A stretch of 64,000 bases of DNA from Lepidodermella squamata. Its lineage: Eukaryota; Animalia; Gastrotricha. Made by a program: the position numbers and the translations under genes. Location of the stretch: NCBI GenBank assembly GCA_047495785.1, contig JBLDXI010000029.1, forward strand, positions 1 through 64,000. The letters run 5' to 3'. This document shows positions 1 through 13,526 of the stretch, piece after piece (positions within the stretch are counted from its first letter, which is position 1; every line of letters begins with the position of its first letter). The notes beneath the pieces were generated by a model. The model was not told the DNA's origin and did no database searches. It saw only the letters and a list, made by a program, of their open reading frames with translations.

Positions 1-17
1 ACACATCTCGTGAGAGT
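1..17 (+). other. Untrimmed PacBio barcode/adapter remnant (bc1003-like ACACATCTCGTGAGAG + T)
   Basis: Bases 1-16 read ACACATCTCGTGAGAG, which I recall as PacBio barcode bc1003, followed by T as in overhang adapters. Bases 1-15 are the only part of the left arm's outer end that does not match the mirror position near 18534. Confidence 0.85.
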
Positions 18-1816
18 GAATCGATTTGCAAGCGCTAAAAAGTGAATGCGGAGTGTCAATGATCAAGATGATGATGATGATGATGATGATGATGAGGCGT
101 ATAAATAGGTACACAACTATTAGGCACGTAGTAGTGTTTCTTCCTTCGTCTTCTTTTGGGCGATGCCGAAGCGGCAGCGGCAGCATTCAAACATCGTGAG
201 ATGGCTATTGATGATTCCATCGCTTCAATTCTACTATTATTGCAGAAGCTGGACGTATTACATAGAGAGGTACCACCAAATCAATGTTGTCTAATAAGCA
301 CGCAATTACGCTCCATACAGCATACCTACCTAAACCTACCAAAATGATTACGGTTATATACCAATCGAATGATACCATCTATACTTATAGTACAAAGCTG
401 CTTAAATTAGCGCATCTTGGTATCACGCGTAACACTCGCAGAGTAAGAGTAATAGCTCCATAGATTGAGCCACGATCGCATACGCTTCTCAAAAACACAA
501 TACCAAGTAGTTGAAGTTCAAGTAGTAAGTAACAAAAACACAACGACTACCTATAAGCCTATGTGTACATGTGTGTGTGTGTGTTCATTAGGGTGATTAG
601 CGCGGAGACTCCAGTCAGTCAGACAACTAAGCTCTACCACTATGATGCTATGATATGATACCTACGTAAAAAACTCAACCTATGCATTATATTCGTAGTA
701 TGTATGTATCTCTGCAGCGTAGCGTAACGCACCCGGATGCGGCGAGCCAACATGCGGCGAGAGCACAAGAAGCTCCCTGCTAGCCTGCCTCCCTGTGCTA
801 CGCTTTGGAAACGCTCTTATTATCTAGGTATTACATGCGCTGATCGTACATGGTAGGTAGGTATCTCATACCTAATAATAATAGTCTTCATAGCTTAAGC
901 TGCTAAATTTAAAACCACAGCCCAACACTCACTCGCATCGACTGCGCCGCCGCCGCCGCCGCGCATGCGAAAAAAACGCGTGTACCTAACGCGTGTAAAT
1001 GAAACCGTCGGAATTCCGTATATTATGCTCTACTGCACGATATCGTTTGCCATCATCAACACAGAAAAAACCCACTAGTAATCGTTTGGAATGCGGGCGG
1101 CTGTGTGTTTGTTTGTTAGTTAGTTTGTGTGTCTGTGTGCGGTGAGATGCCGCCGATTTCTCCGAAATCGAACATCGATATTCATACCTTGTTGCGCCAC
1201 GAGTAGAGCTGATCATGTCTCGCAGATTAACAGTCTCGCCAAAAAAGCCTACTATTCCGACGTGAGCATACTATCTCCATTAGTCCATTAGTTGTTCGCC
1301 CGTGATTTATAGCGAGCGGTCCAATACCGAAGCCACAGCACCTTCGCACCGGCATGGATCCTTTTAATACGAGGTACACACAGTTACTTCCTCGTATTAC
1401 AGTAATTTGTAAGAAAAAAACAGCTGCCAATTGCCAAAGGTTCAGGTTCAGCTTTTAGCTTGCCAGCTCGATTTGTATATCCGTTGCCAAACTCAACAAT
1501 ATAACATTACTTTTGGACCTATACATGAATGTTAACAAAAAAGGTGTTCAGCTCGTTCGTTCCGTTTTAGAAAACTGGCGCTTTTTCATTGCATTAAAAA
1601 TGAGCCACCGCTTTATTAGAGCCACGCAAGTAAAAAAACGGAAACGGATTATGAAAAAAATCCAGCAGCAGATTTCACCAGGAGTGTAAAGACTAGTCAG
1701 CGACAAGACTGGCTAATAAAACACGATGCAAGACCACAAGAGATTAAACCGCCATTAAAAACGCACACACAGAGGTTGCGCAATTTTCTAGCAATTGAAT
1801 TCAACTGGTAAGTTTA

Positions 1817-3250
1817 TCACTTTTTCTTGCCCTTAGCAGCAGCAGCAGCAGCCTTGGCCTTGGGCGTGGCGCCCTTGCCGCCCTTCGCCTTCTCGTCCTT
1901 CTCGGTTTTGAGCCGTTTCGCCGGATTCGAAACTGACGTGTCTCTGGCAGAACAAAGCAAATAGAAAACATTACAAAATATATGCATTCCTCTTAAATCA
2001 GACGTCGTTCGCGATGTTAGGCTAAAGGAGGCTAAATGCACTCAAGTTTGTGAGACAATTTACGCTCTTATTACCAGCTAAATATTTCCTACTGAATGAA
2101 GCCCTCAAAGTATCTACAAGCAATACATGCAATTTCGGAAAAACAAACTCTAAGAGTAAAGAGGTTAAAGAAATGAAAGAGAGTGAACGTACGGGTTCTT
2201 CGGCGTCAGCGGCTTCGCGGCGAAAAACGAGTCGAGGCGCGACTGCACGGCCGCGCCCTTGGCCTTGACGATCTTGCGGGCGCCGGAACGCACGCGGTCC
2301 TCCGAGAAGCCCTTCTCGCCGCACAGGAACGCCACGAGGCCCTCCTCGTCCGGGTCCACCCACTTCAGGTCGGGCACGGCCTCGTCGACCTCCGGCCGGC
2401 AGAACAGCTGCCGCGCCTCCTTGTACATCCAGTCGTCGGGCGGCGGGTATTTCGCCGTGTCGAGGTGCTCGAGCACGCTCTCGATCGACTTGTACTGCCG
2501 GATGAGCTCGATCGACTTCTTCGGCCCGATGCCGCGGATCGTGTCGCAGTAGTCGCAGCCGAGCAGAATGCACAGGTCCACGAACTGCTCCATCGTAAAG
2601 TCCAGCTCGGCGAGCACCTTGGCCAGGTGGTACTCCTGGATGGGCGCCTTCTTCATCTCGCTGAACGTCAGGTGCCGCAGCAGCACCGCCGAGCCGAACG
2701 TCAGCGCGTCCATGTCCTCCGTGCCGGCCGCAAACACCTTGCCCTGCCGCGACAGCGTCGCGCACTGTGCCTCCGCCTCGCATGGCGCTTCGATGTACGG
2801 TACACCCATCAGCCGCAGCAGCTTCTTGCACTCGTCGTTGTGCTGTGGAGTCACTTTGACGAGGCGTCGTGAGAACTTGTCGATCGCCTCCGTGTCGCCG
2901 GCTTCCTCCGCCTTCGCCAGCTCCTTCTGCGCCTCCTCGCGCCGTTCCGTTCGCTTCATCAGCTCGCCCGCCTTCAGCGATGGCGGCTTGCCGTCGAACA
3001 CGTACACCGGCTTGATGCCGTTGTCCATTATGCGGATTGTGCGGTAAAACAGCCCTAGCAGGTGACTAGTCGTCTCGCCTTGTTCGTTCATCAGAACGCT
3101 GCCTTCTTGCCGCACAGCGATCAAAAACTGGTAAATGCTCATCGAAGCGTCGATGGCAACCTTGCGCCCGAAATACGACTTGATGTCGTTCTCCTTCATG
3201 CACGTAGGCGCAACGTCCGCTAACAGCTTGGCTAATCCTTTAATACCCAT
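1817..3250 (-). CDS. FEN1: Flap endonuclease 1, duplicate copy in the inverted arm (exons 3250-2193, 1943-1817)
   Basis: Translation identical to 15299-16732; lies in the probably artefactual arm. Confidence 0.8.
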
Positions 3251-4556
3251 CGTGCAGGCTAATAATTCAAACTAATAAAACATGAAATGATTGAACATGA
3301 TTGAAGAGGCAGTAGCGAAAACAACGATAAATTGTAAGGGAAAAAATATAAACATCGGGCATTGACGCTACGTGGGAGTGATAAACTACTTATAAAAGAT
3401 CGTCGTAGCTGGTCGAGGTACCGCCCAAATTTACTCGAAATTCAGACACATATTTAAACGGCGAAGCGGAACCAGAGAATCATCCGAACTACACAACCAT
3501 CATATCAGCCTGGCAAAACAACCCGAGAACGACAGGAAGAATATTGAACGAATTCTCGCTATCGTCAGAAAATGGAACACCATTGCTTCCCTGCAGTTGT
3601 AGACATTAATTTCTTCAAATCATCGCTGAATGTCCTTGGGCTTGTGCTATAACGAACAGTGCGCACCCGAAAATCTTGTATAAATAAAAAAAATGTCGCA
3701 GCCGGGATATCCTGATCGTGGATACAAAGGTTGTGAGATTAGATGCGAAATCTAAACAGTCATCTCTATAGGTCTATATGTAGACCCGTACGAAAACGTC
3801 AAAAACTCAGCTTGTTTGTCACCTGTTGACTTCATTAAAGATGAGGTACTGTTCAATAAGGTTGTCACTAAACTGAATGTTTAGAAAAATGGATTCAATT
3901 TCCAGTTCCCAGCATACAGCTGTAACCTTTCGAATAAGTTATCTCCAATTTTCAACATGGAAGGTTCAATGTTCAACGAGTCTAACATACAAAAACTATA
4001 AAAAGAAGGATAATGCATGGACATATACATAAAATCCTGCAGCTATCTCAAACGAAACATGCCAACTTCCAAGGGCGAAGGAAGAAGAGCGATTGTTAAG
4101 AATAAGTGAAGTCTGAAGCCTGAGGCTGTCTGGCTTCGGTCTCGAACGCCGACTCGCCTTTATACTGGCGACCTTAGCAGCCAAATTGTCTAACAGGAAG
4201 AAATACTCCTGTATTACCTTGGTCTCAAGTGCTAATAAGAGTTACACTGCCGCGTAAGTCGGCTGCAGTCGTCGGCATATTCAGTCAGTTAATCAGCTGA
4301 TGAAAAATCAATCGCGGATCGCGGCGGCAAAAGATTTTTGAATTTTTCACGATGATTACTGGTCATGACTTTTAATTTTTGCGTGACATTTGAGCAATAT
4401 ATAACTCATACTGTAATAATATCAGAAATTCTATATAATTCAATTTTGAATTTGGCGCGCCTTCTCGCGGCCAGTCATTGCCTCTTCATTTCTCCCCGCA
4501 GCCAAGTCAATCAAAGAGTAGTTTTGGTTGACTAAAGGGAAAGCTTTAATCTTGAA

Positions 4557-5022
4557 ATGGCTCGTCCGTGGGACCCGAAGTTCACTTACAGCGATCGCGA
4601 GCGATGGGTTTGTATTTATCCCGTTTATTTGAACTCCAAAAGGAGCCTGACCGAAGGTCGGCGGATTCCGAAAGCCTTAGCAGTCGACAATCCGACTATT
4701 GAAGAAATTCGGGGATGTGTGTAAGTTCCTCAATCTAAATATGGGCGTAGAAGACAAGACACATCCGCGAGAACCCGACAAGTTTATGTATCGTGGTCGC
4801 GTTCGTGTTCAGCTCAAAAATGACAATGGCATTCCAGTATCTGAGCAGTTTCCTAATCGCGAAGCTCTTTTCTGCCACATTGCCGAGCTGATCGGCAAGT
4901 TGAAAGTTCGTCAACAACCAAGTGGTGCTGCGGGCGGTGCCGAAGATCAAGGACAGCAAGGCGGCGGCGGTGGTGGTGGTGGCGGTGGTAAGAAGCAGCA
5001 AAAACAAAAGAAAAAGAGATAA
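4557..5022 (+). pseudogene. SRP19: SRP19 duplicate with +1 frameshift (GGGG at 4711-4714 vs GGG in the other copy); likely read error in the artefactual arm
   Basis: ATG at 4557 mirrors 13991. The extra G splits the ORF, so the track shows only 4699-5022. Confidence 0.8.
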
Positions 5023-5852
5023 CGATTAGATATTTTCGTTATCATATTGTGCTTCATACTTTGCTCTCAATTAATTATATTGCAAATCACATTGTGTAAT
5101 ATCTGGCTAAAGTCTGTCTAACGTCACGCCAAATAAAAACTGTGGTCGTTTCTGCAAATTTTTCATTGCTCAGCAGAATGCAAGCGTGAGACATGGACAA
5201 TTTTAGATGCTTCGAAGGTAGACATCCAGGGATGGAAAGGGTTGTTTTCATTTTCATTGCTGCTTGGCGCTGAAAATGCCACTACCATTGGATTTGCGAT
5301 CTATGAGTACCTATTGTATGGTGCATGGCGGTTTCGTGAATCTGAGCAGAACTTGCCGGTATTATGCGGTCAGTTCGTTCTTGTAAGTTTAAGATAGGCC
5401 GGTGATTCCTTAACCAAGTGATACCGGGATACCGATTAACAGTGCTGTTTATGATCAAGGTTTTGCCGTTAGCTGATCAGCTGCTGTCATAAATTAACCA
5501 AACGACGTTGTGATCTTAACTAAATCCGTTTTATATTCGGGATTACGGCGTTTAAGTCAAATGACATACGCTGCAATCAAGCATTACATCGCTCAATTGC
5601 TTCTTCGCCGCCGCAATATTCGAAAGTAGCGCCCAAGAGGGTTCCTTGGATCCTCATATCAAATAAGAAAAGCCTAAAATGCAATTATTTATTTGGAAAA
5701 TGTTGATCAATTCACTTACAATTCATTGAATAAAACATCACCGGTGTAGGCGAATGAGAGAGAAAGAGAGAATGAGCAACAAGATGCAGCAGATGAGAAA
5801 GCATAAAATGTTAGATACCTAGGTGTAAGTCGGTGCAAACAAAAAAGTTGAA

Positions 5853-8723
5853 TCAATCATCTTCGTCATCTGACATGACGACGCGGCGTGTTTTCTTGGT
5901 TTTCGGTGCCTGTTCATTGGCAGCAGGCGGAGAAGAAGACACTGCAGCAGCAGCAGCAGCAGAAGTGGCAGCTTTCTTGACGACTTTGATCTTGTCGTCG
6001 TCGTCGTCTTCGTCATCATCCGAGTCGGGACAGTTGTAGACGGCCGCCCGATTTCAAATCGGCACCATCGTCGTTGTCGTCGTCGACGATTTCGAGTTCG
6101 AGCGACGACAGCGAATCGTCGAGTTTCAGAGGATCTGCCCTAAAAAATACAAAATCATTTAACATGATCTGGTGAAAAATGACATGTAGTTTCTTCTATT
6201 TCAACAACCCGACGAGGACAAAATAGGCAATTCATAATTCATGGGACTCACTTTTTGGTAGTAGTAGCAGCAGCAACTGGCTGAGGTGGAGCAGCAACAG
6301 TTGCGGATGGTCGGCGCAGCACTTCGTCGTCAGAGTCTGAATCGGATGACGCAGACGAAGAGGAGGAGAGGGCGAGACGGGCGCGTTTCGCACTCGAGAT
6401 CGCATTCGCACCATTATCACTATCGTCATCATGATCAACAGGTGTTTTACTGACAGCAGGCATTCGGTCGTTGCTGCTGGCCTTGCTGTTGCTGGAAGAC
6501 GACGAGGTGGAGACGACGGAGGCGGATCGGAAACCGGTCGACTTGGCTTGATCCGAGTCTGCACTTGCTGCGGCTGCCTTGCCATCACTGTCACTGTCGC
6601 CGTCGTTCTTGACGTAGTTGTCCAGCAACGAGCGTTTCTTGCCGCGCTTGCTTGACTTCTCGCCGGCACCCGCAGCTGACTTGGCGTCATCATGCCGCTT
6701 GTTAGCAGTTGCGCGAGCTCTCTTCGTCTTCTTGCTGCTGCCGTCCTTCGATTTCGACTTGGACGATTTGCTCGCAGCTGCTGATTCGCCGTCGTCGCCT
6801 GCTTCTGCCCCAGCCGGCGGCTTCGGCTTCTTGTCGACGAGACGCAACCACGCGTCGTCATCCTCGCCGTCGCGGTCACTGTCGCCCGTGTCGCGAGGCA
6901 CCGAGGCGGCGCCCCTGCAACAGCCGGTCGAACGCGTCGTCCTTCGACACCGATTTCCGTGCAGCTTTGCCAGCTTTGCCTGACTTGCGGCCAGATGACT
7001 TGGACTCGCCTGCCTCGTCGCCGTTCTCGTCTTCACCTGCGAGCAGTTCGGCCGCTGTCGCAGCCGGCGGCGGTGACGCTCGCAGGTTCTCGTAGTTGGA
7101 AGCAAAAGCTGCAAAATAAACAGATGACGTCAGCGATGAAAAGTAATAAACTGGAGTGAACGGTTGGCAAGTGAAAGGGAAGGATGTCTCGTTTAATTGT
7201 TAATGCAACGTCTTCACTTTATAATAGCCATCTGACCGTGACTATGTTGTCCGTGAGGCTGCTGCCGTTTTCGAAGAGACTTATAAAAGCCAAACACTTA
7301 CACGAACAGTTTAATGGGGGTAGGCCATTATACTGGACATATTTATTCAATTTGGGGTTTGAAAATTCTCCAAACTGATCGATTTCAGATAAACAAATCA
7401 AGATGTGGCTTGGATTGTCTTTTTTCCTTAACTTCATTTTTCTGGAACGATCATCACATCTGCGATAGTAGTACTTGGGACGCGTTAAACGCTCAGAATG
7501 TCGAAAAAATGCCGCAAATGAGGTAATACGACGGCCCGAAATTCACCAATTTTGTTTGGCTCTGCGTTGGAAATTGTTGCAGTTAGGGTGTTCATGCGAT
7601 TTCACATGCTACATAATGACCATGCTACATGCTTCACATGAAACATACAATTGAAATACAATTATTCGCTTTTATACCATACATAAAAAAACTGCCCACT
7701 GTGATTCGGAATTTAGCTAACATTTGTACAGTGTCTGAACGCTTCAACTTAAGTTACAGGAATCAATGTGACGGGGATGCTGATGGAGGATATATAAGCT
7801 AAAATAGTAAATAGGACTTACCTAGTGCATCGTGGCGGTTTTTCCAGAAGAGCAGCTCGACGAAGGCGATCTTGCCCGGGCCATCGCTGTTGCTGGCGGG
7901 GAGTGCAAGTTTGAGGAAGCCATTCACGGCGAACTTGGCGAAGGCGACGAGCTCGGGCGCGGGCGGCGGCTGCTTGGCGGCGGCGGCGCGGTCGGCGGCT
8001 TGCAACAGGCGGTGGCAGGCGGCGAACACGCGCAGCTGGTAGAGCATGGCCGGCAGCTGCCAGTCGACGGCGACGCGTTTCAGGAAGCGCGCCACGTGGT
8101 GGTTGACGTCGACGCCGTTCGTCGGCCACGTCTCCAGCAGCGCCACGTACGGCCACAGCGTCGCCACGTTCGCGAACCGCGACGCCAGTTCGGCGACCGC
8201 CACGTGTGTCTCGCGCCCATTCACGCTTCCTTTGCTCTGCTGCTGCTCCTCATCCTCATCATCGCTATTGTCCTCGTCTTCATCTTGGTTCTCCTTCTCG
8301 TCTTCGTCATCGCCATCATCGTCATCGAGGAGCTCGCTGGACTCGTAGAGCTCGCGCAGCCACACCTCGTCGTCGTCATCACCACCTTCTGGAGCTGCTG
8401 TGTAGAAGCGCTGGGCGTGCTCGGGGAAGAGCGTGCGGGCGAGGCGCAGGGCGGCGACGCCGTATTTCGGCTCGTGGCGCAGCAGCAGCTGGCCGATGCG
8501 CGTCACCACGCTGCGCTGCGCCACGCCCGGGTCCGCGATCGCCGGGTCGAGGCCGGGCGCGACGGCGGTGCGCACGATCGGGTCGTCCGCCAGCTCGTCG
8601 CTCTCCTCCAGCGCTGCAGCTGCGTCGGCGGCTTTCAACGCCGCGACAACGCCCGGCTGAACATCGGTCCATGGCGGCTTGACGAACGCCGCCCGCTTCG
8701 CCATTCTCTCCATCTTCTGCTGC
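5853..8723 (-). pseudogene. TIMELESS: Inverted duplicate of the TIMELESS 3' exons, with no 5' end and two +1 frameshifts
   Basis: Mirror of 9828-12696, with an extra base at 6027-6029 and at 6912-6915. Confidence 0.75.
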
Positions 8724-11700
8724 GGCTTCTTCATGGAGTTGGCTCGGGCGATGGTATCGACCGCCACGAGTTGGTCGCTGGCGGCGGCGGCTGCTGCGGT
8801 GGGCGCGACCCTCGGCAAGGAGGCGCTCTCGCTCGTGCACAGCCACGTCGCGCTGTCCGCGGACGCGCTCGAGACGGAGCGGCACGACAAGCCGATGTGG
8901 AACAAGCGCCTCGTGCTCGGGCTGCGCGCCTTCGCCGAGCAGCTCGCGTGGGCCGACGTGTTGGCACGGGCCGATGCGACGACGGCGCCGGAACTCGTCG
9001 AACTGGGCCGCTCGCTGGCGCTGACGCTGGTGTACGAGCCGCAGCTGCGCGATGCGCTGCCGTCGATGCTGCGGCGCTACAAGGCGAGCCGCCACTGCCG
9101 CGCCGTGCTGCGCGCCCTCGTCGCCGCCACGCACGCGCAGCTGAAACTCATCGACCAGCTGCAGGCGACCGGTAAGTCCAATCAACTCTTTATTTTTGAG
9201 ACTCCGAAGTCGAGTACCTACTCTCTGATCTCTGATACATGGCTGGGGCAGCTTTTGCCTCTAGGAAACATCGGCGATGACGAAAGTGCGCTCTTGTTGG
9301 TTGCTTGAGGTGATGATTTGCAAATTGGGGGATAAGCAGCTGGCCTGTCCTCGATTAGGCTTAGCTCAGGTTTTCGAAAAACTCTTCTTCTCAAGTCCTT
9401 CCAACAGGGTTGCACTTAGCTCCCACGTCTGTGTTGCCATTGTATACCTATATTACCTCAGAAAAGGCAATGCACACCAATATTACTAAGTACTCGCTTC
9501 ACTTGACTAGAGGTCAGTTATTTTAAACTGATTGTTTCAATCAGGAATCAAATCTACTCTGCGGGGAGAATGCGAATATTGTCAGCAGTCCATCATCTTT
9601 CGACAACATGTGGTATACTCCTATGATAGATGCTAAAAAGCGATACAGGAGTAGCGTTTCTGTATTGTGTGCCATCCAAGATTGCTCAAATCCGTGTTCA
9701 GTTGAAGCTGTGGTTACACGTTTACTGTTCTAACACGTGTTACAGGCGTCGACACAGTGGTTGTTGCGACGAAGGCGAAGCGGGCGAAACGCGCCAAGCA
9801 GCGAGACATCAACAAGAAGAAGAAGCAGCAGCAGAAGATGGAGAGAATGGCGAAGCGGGCGGCGTTCGTCAAGCCGCCATGGACCGATGTTCAGCCGGGC
9901 GTTGTCGCGGCGTTGAAAGCCGCCGACGCAGCTGCAGCGCTGGAGGAGAGCGACGAGCTGGCGGACGACCCGATCGTGCGCACCGCCGTCGCGCCCGGCC
10001 TCGACCCGGCGATCGCGGACCCGGGCGTGGCGCAGCGCAGCGTGGTGACGCGCATCGGCCAGCTGCTGCTGCGCCACGAGCCGAAATACGGCGTCGCCGC
10101 CCTGCGCCTCGCCCGCACGCTCTTCCCCGAGCACGCCCAGCGCTTCTACACAGCAGCTCCAGAAGGTGGTGATGACGACGACGAGGTGTGGCTGCGCGAG
10201 CTCTACGAGTCCAGCGAGCTCCTCGATGACGATGATGGCGATGACGAAGACGAGAAGGAGAACCAAGATGAAGACGAGGACAATAGCGATGATGAGGATG
10301 AGGAGCAGCAGCAGAGCAAAGGAAGCGTGAATGGGCGCGAGACACACGTGGCGGTCGCCGAACTGGCGTCGCGGTTCGCGAACGTGGCGACGCTGTGGCC
10401 GTACGTGGCGCTGCTGGAGACGTGGCCGACGAACGGCGTCGACGTCAACCACCACGTGGCGCGCTTCCTGAAACGCGTCGCCGTCGACTGGCAGCTGCCG
10501 GCCATGCTCTACCAGCTGCGCGTGTTCGCCGCCTGCCACCGCCTGTTGCAAGCCGCCGACCGCGCCGCCGCCGCCAAGCAGCCGCCGCCCGCGCCCGAGC
10601 TCGTCGCCTTCGCCAAGTTCGCCGTGAATGGCTTCCTCAAACTTGCACTCCCCGCCAGCAACAGCGATGGCCCGGGCAAGATCGCCTTCGTCGAGCTGCT
10701 CTTCTGGAAAAACCGCCACGATGCACTAGGTAAGTCCTATTTACTATTTTAGCTTATATATCCTCCATCAGCATCCCCGTCACATTGATTCCTGTAACTT
10801 AAGTTGAAGCGTTCAGACACTGTACAAATGTTAGCTAAATTCCGAATCACAGTGGGCAGTTTTTTTATGTATGGTATAAAAGCGAATAATTGTATTTCAA
10901 TTGTATGTTTCATGTGAAGCATGTAGCATGGTCATTATGTAGCATGTGAAATCGCATGAACACCCTAACTGCAACAATTTCCAACGCAGAGCCAAACAAA
11001 ATTGGTGAATTTCGGGCCGTCGTATTACCTCATTTGCGGCATTTTTTCGACATTCTGAGCGTTTAACGCGTCCCAAGTACTACTATCGCAGATGTGATGA
11101 TCGTTCCAGAAAAATGAAGTTAAGGAAAAAAGACAATCCAAGCCACATCTTGATTTGTTTATCTGAAATCGATCAGTTTGGAGAATTTTCAAACCCCAAA
11201 TTGAATAAATATGTCCAGTATAATGGCCTACCCCCATTAAACTGTTCGTGTAAGTGTTTGGCTTTTATAAGTCTCTTCGAAAACGGCAGCAGCCTCACGG
11301 ACAACATAGTCACGGTCAGATGGCTATTATAAAGTGAAGACGTTGCATTAACAATTAAACGAGACATCCTTCCCTTTCACTTGCCAACCGTTCACTCCAG
11401 TTTATTACTTTTCATCGCTGACGTCATCTGTTTATTTTGCAGCTTTTGCTTCCAACTACGAGAACCTGCGAGCGTCACCGCCGCCGGCTGCGACAGCGGC
11501 CGAACTGCTCGCAGGTGAAGACGAGAACGGCGACGAGGCAGGCGAGTCCAAGTCATCTGGCCGCAAGTCAGGCAAAGCTGGCAAAGCTGCACGGAAATCG
11601 GTGTCGAAGGACGACGCGTTCGACCGGCTGTTGCAGGGCGCCGCCTCGGTGCCTCGCGACACGGGCGACAGTGACCGCGACGGCGAGGATGACGACGCGT

Positions 11701-12696
11701 GGTTGCGTCTCGTCGACAAGAAGCCGAAGCCGCCGGCTGGGGCAGAAGCAGGCGACGACGGCGAATCAGCAGCTGCGAGCAAATCGTCCAAGTCGAAATC
11801 GAAGGACGGCAGCAGCAAGAAGACGAAGAGAGCTCGCGCAACTGCTAACAAGCGGCATGATGACGCCAAGTCAGCTGCGGGTGCCGGCGAGAAGTCAAGC
11901 AAGCGCGGCAAGAAACGCTCGTTGCTGGACAACTACGTCAAGAACGACGGCGACAGTGACAGTGATGGCAAGGCAGCCGCAGCAAGTGCAGACTCGGATC
12001 AAGCCAAGTCGACCGGTTTCCGATCCGCCTCCGTCGTCTCCACCTCGTCGTCTTCCAGCAACAGCAAGGCCAGCAGCAACGACCGAATGCCTGCTGTCAG
12101 TAAAACACCTGTTGATCATGATGACGATAGTGATAATGGTGCGAATGCGATCTCGAGTGCGAAACGCGCCCGTCTCGCCCTCTCCTCCTCTTCGTCTGCG
12201 TCATCCGATTCAGACTCTGACGACGAAGTGCTGCGCCGACCATCCGCAACTGTTGCTGCTCCACCTCAGCCAGTTGCTGCTGCTACTACTACCAAAAAGT
12301 GAGTCCCATGAATTATGAATTGCCTATTTTGTCCTCGTCGGGTTGTTGAAATAGAAGAAACTACATGTCATTTTTCACCAGATCATGTTAAATGATTTTG
12401 TATTTTTTAGGGCAGATCCTCTGAAACTCGACGATTCGCTGTCGTCGCTCGAACTCGAAATCGTCGACGACGACAACGACGATGGTGCCGATTTGAAATC
12501 GGGCGGCCGTCTACAACTGTCCGACTCGGATGATGACGAAGACGACGACGACGACAAGATCAAAGTCGTCAAGAAAGCTGCCACTTCTGCTGCTGCTGCT
12601 GCTGCAGTGTCTTCTTCTCCGCCTGCTGCCAATGAACAGGCACCGAAAACCAAGAAAACACGCCGCGTCGTCATGTCAGATGACGAAGATGATTGA
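8724..12696 (+). CDS. TIMELESS: Timeless/Timeout (Tof1/Swi1) replication-fork protection protein, 5'-truncated; exons <8724-9171, 9746-10729, 11443-12298, 12411-12696
   Basis: Family motifs: GFFMEL, WNKRLVLGLRAFAEQL, LRALVAATHAQLKL, RFANVATLWPYVALL..W..N...VNHHVARFLKRVA, AMLYQLRVF, AFVELLFWKN. GT-AG junctions keep the frame (phases 1,1,2). Confidence 0.88.
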
Positions 12697-13526
12697 TTCA
12701 ACTTTTTTGTTTGCACCGACTTACACCTAGGTATCTAACATTTTATGCTTTCTCATCTGCTGCATCTTGTTGCTCATTCTCTCTTTCTCTCTCATTCGCC
12801 TACACCGGTGATGTTTTATTCAATGAATTGTAAGTGAATTGATCAACATTTTCCAAATAAATAATTGCATTTTAGGCTTTTCTTATTTGATATGAGGATC
12901 CAAGGAACCCTCTTGGGCGCTACTTTCGAATATTGCGGCGGCGAAGAAGCAATTGAGCGATGTAATGCTTGATTGCAGCGTATGTCATTTGACTTAAACG
13001 CCGTAATCCCGAATATAAAACGGATTTAGTTAAGATCACAACGTCGTTTGGTTAATTTATGACAGCAGCTGATCAGCTAACGGCAAAACCTTGATCATAA
13101 ACAGCACTGTTAATCGGTATCCCGGTATCACTTGGTTAAGGAATCACCGGCCTATCTTAAACTTACAAGAACGAACTGACCGCATAATACCGGCAAGTTC
13201 TGCTCAGATTCACGAAACCGCCATGCACCATACAATAGGTACTCATAGATCGCAAATCCAATGGTAGTGGCATTTTCAGCGCCAAGCAGCAATGAAAATG
13301 AAAACAACCCTTTCCATCCCTGGATGTCTACCTTCGAAGCATCTAAAATTGTCCATGTCTCACGCTTGCATTCTGCTGAGCAATGAAAAATTTGCAGAAA
13401 CGACCACAGTTTTTATTTGGCGTGACGTTAGACAGACTTTAGCCAGATATTACACAATGTGATTTGCAATATAATTAATTGAGAGCAAAGTATGAAGCAC
13501 AATATGATAACGAAAATATCTAATCG

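Larger units (their letters stand above)
16..8723 (-). repeat. Left arm of ~8.7 kb inverted duplication (mirror of 9828-18533); probably an artefactual fold-back
   Basis: All ORFs are mirrored with coordinate sums of 18548-18551 (e.g. FEN1 3250+15299). Differences seen: four homopolymer indels (3885-3889, 4711-4714, 6027-6029, 6912-6915) and one substitution (4252 vs 14296). Confidence 0.97.

Noticed and set aside
16-8723. Genuine gene duplication giving second FEN1/SRP19/TIMELESS paralogues or a hairpin-RNA locus
   Set aside because: The barcode-like sequence at the arm end, microhomology junction, near-identity including introns and homopolymer-only indels fit a single chimeric read better than a real duplication.
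7799-8905. 368-aa minus-strand ORF as a novel TIMELESS fusion protein
   Set aside because: Its N-terminus is just the antisense of the spacer exon joined across the fold-back junction.
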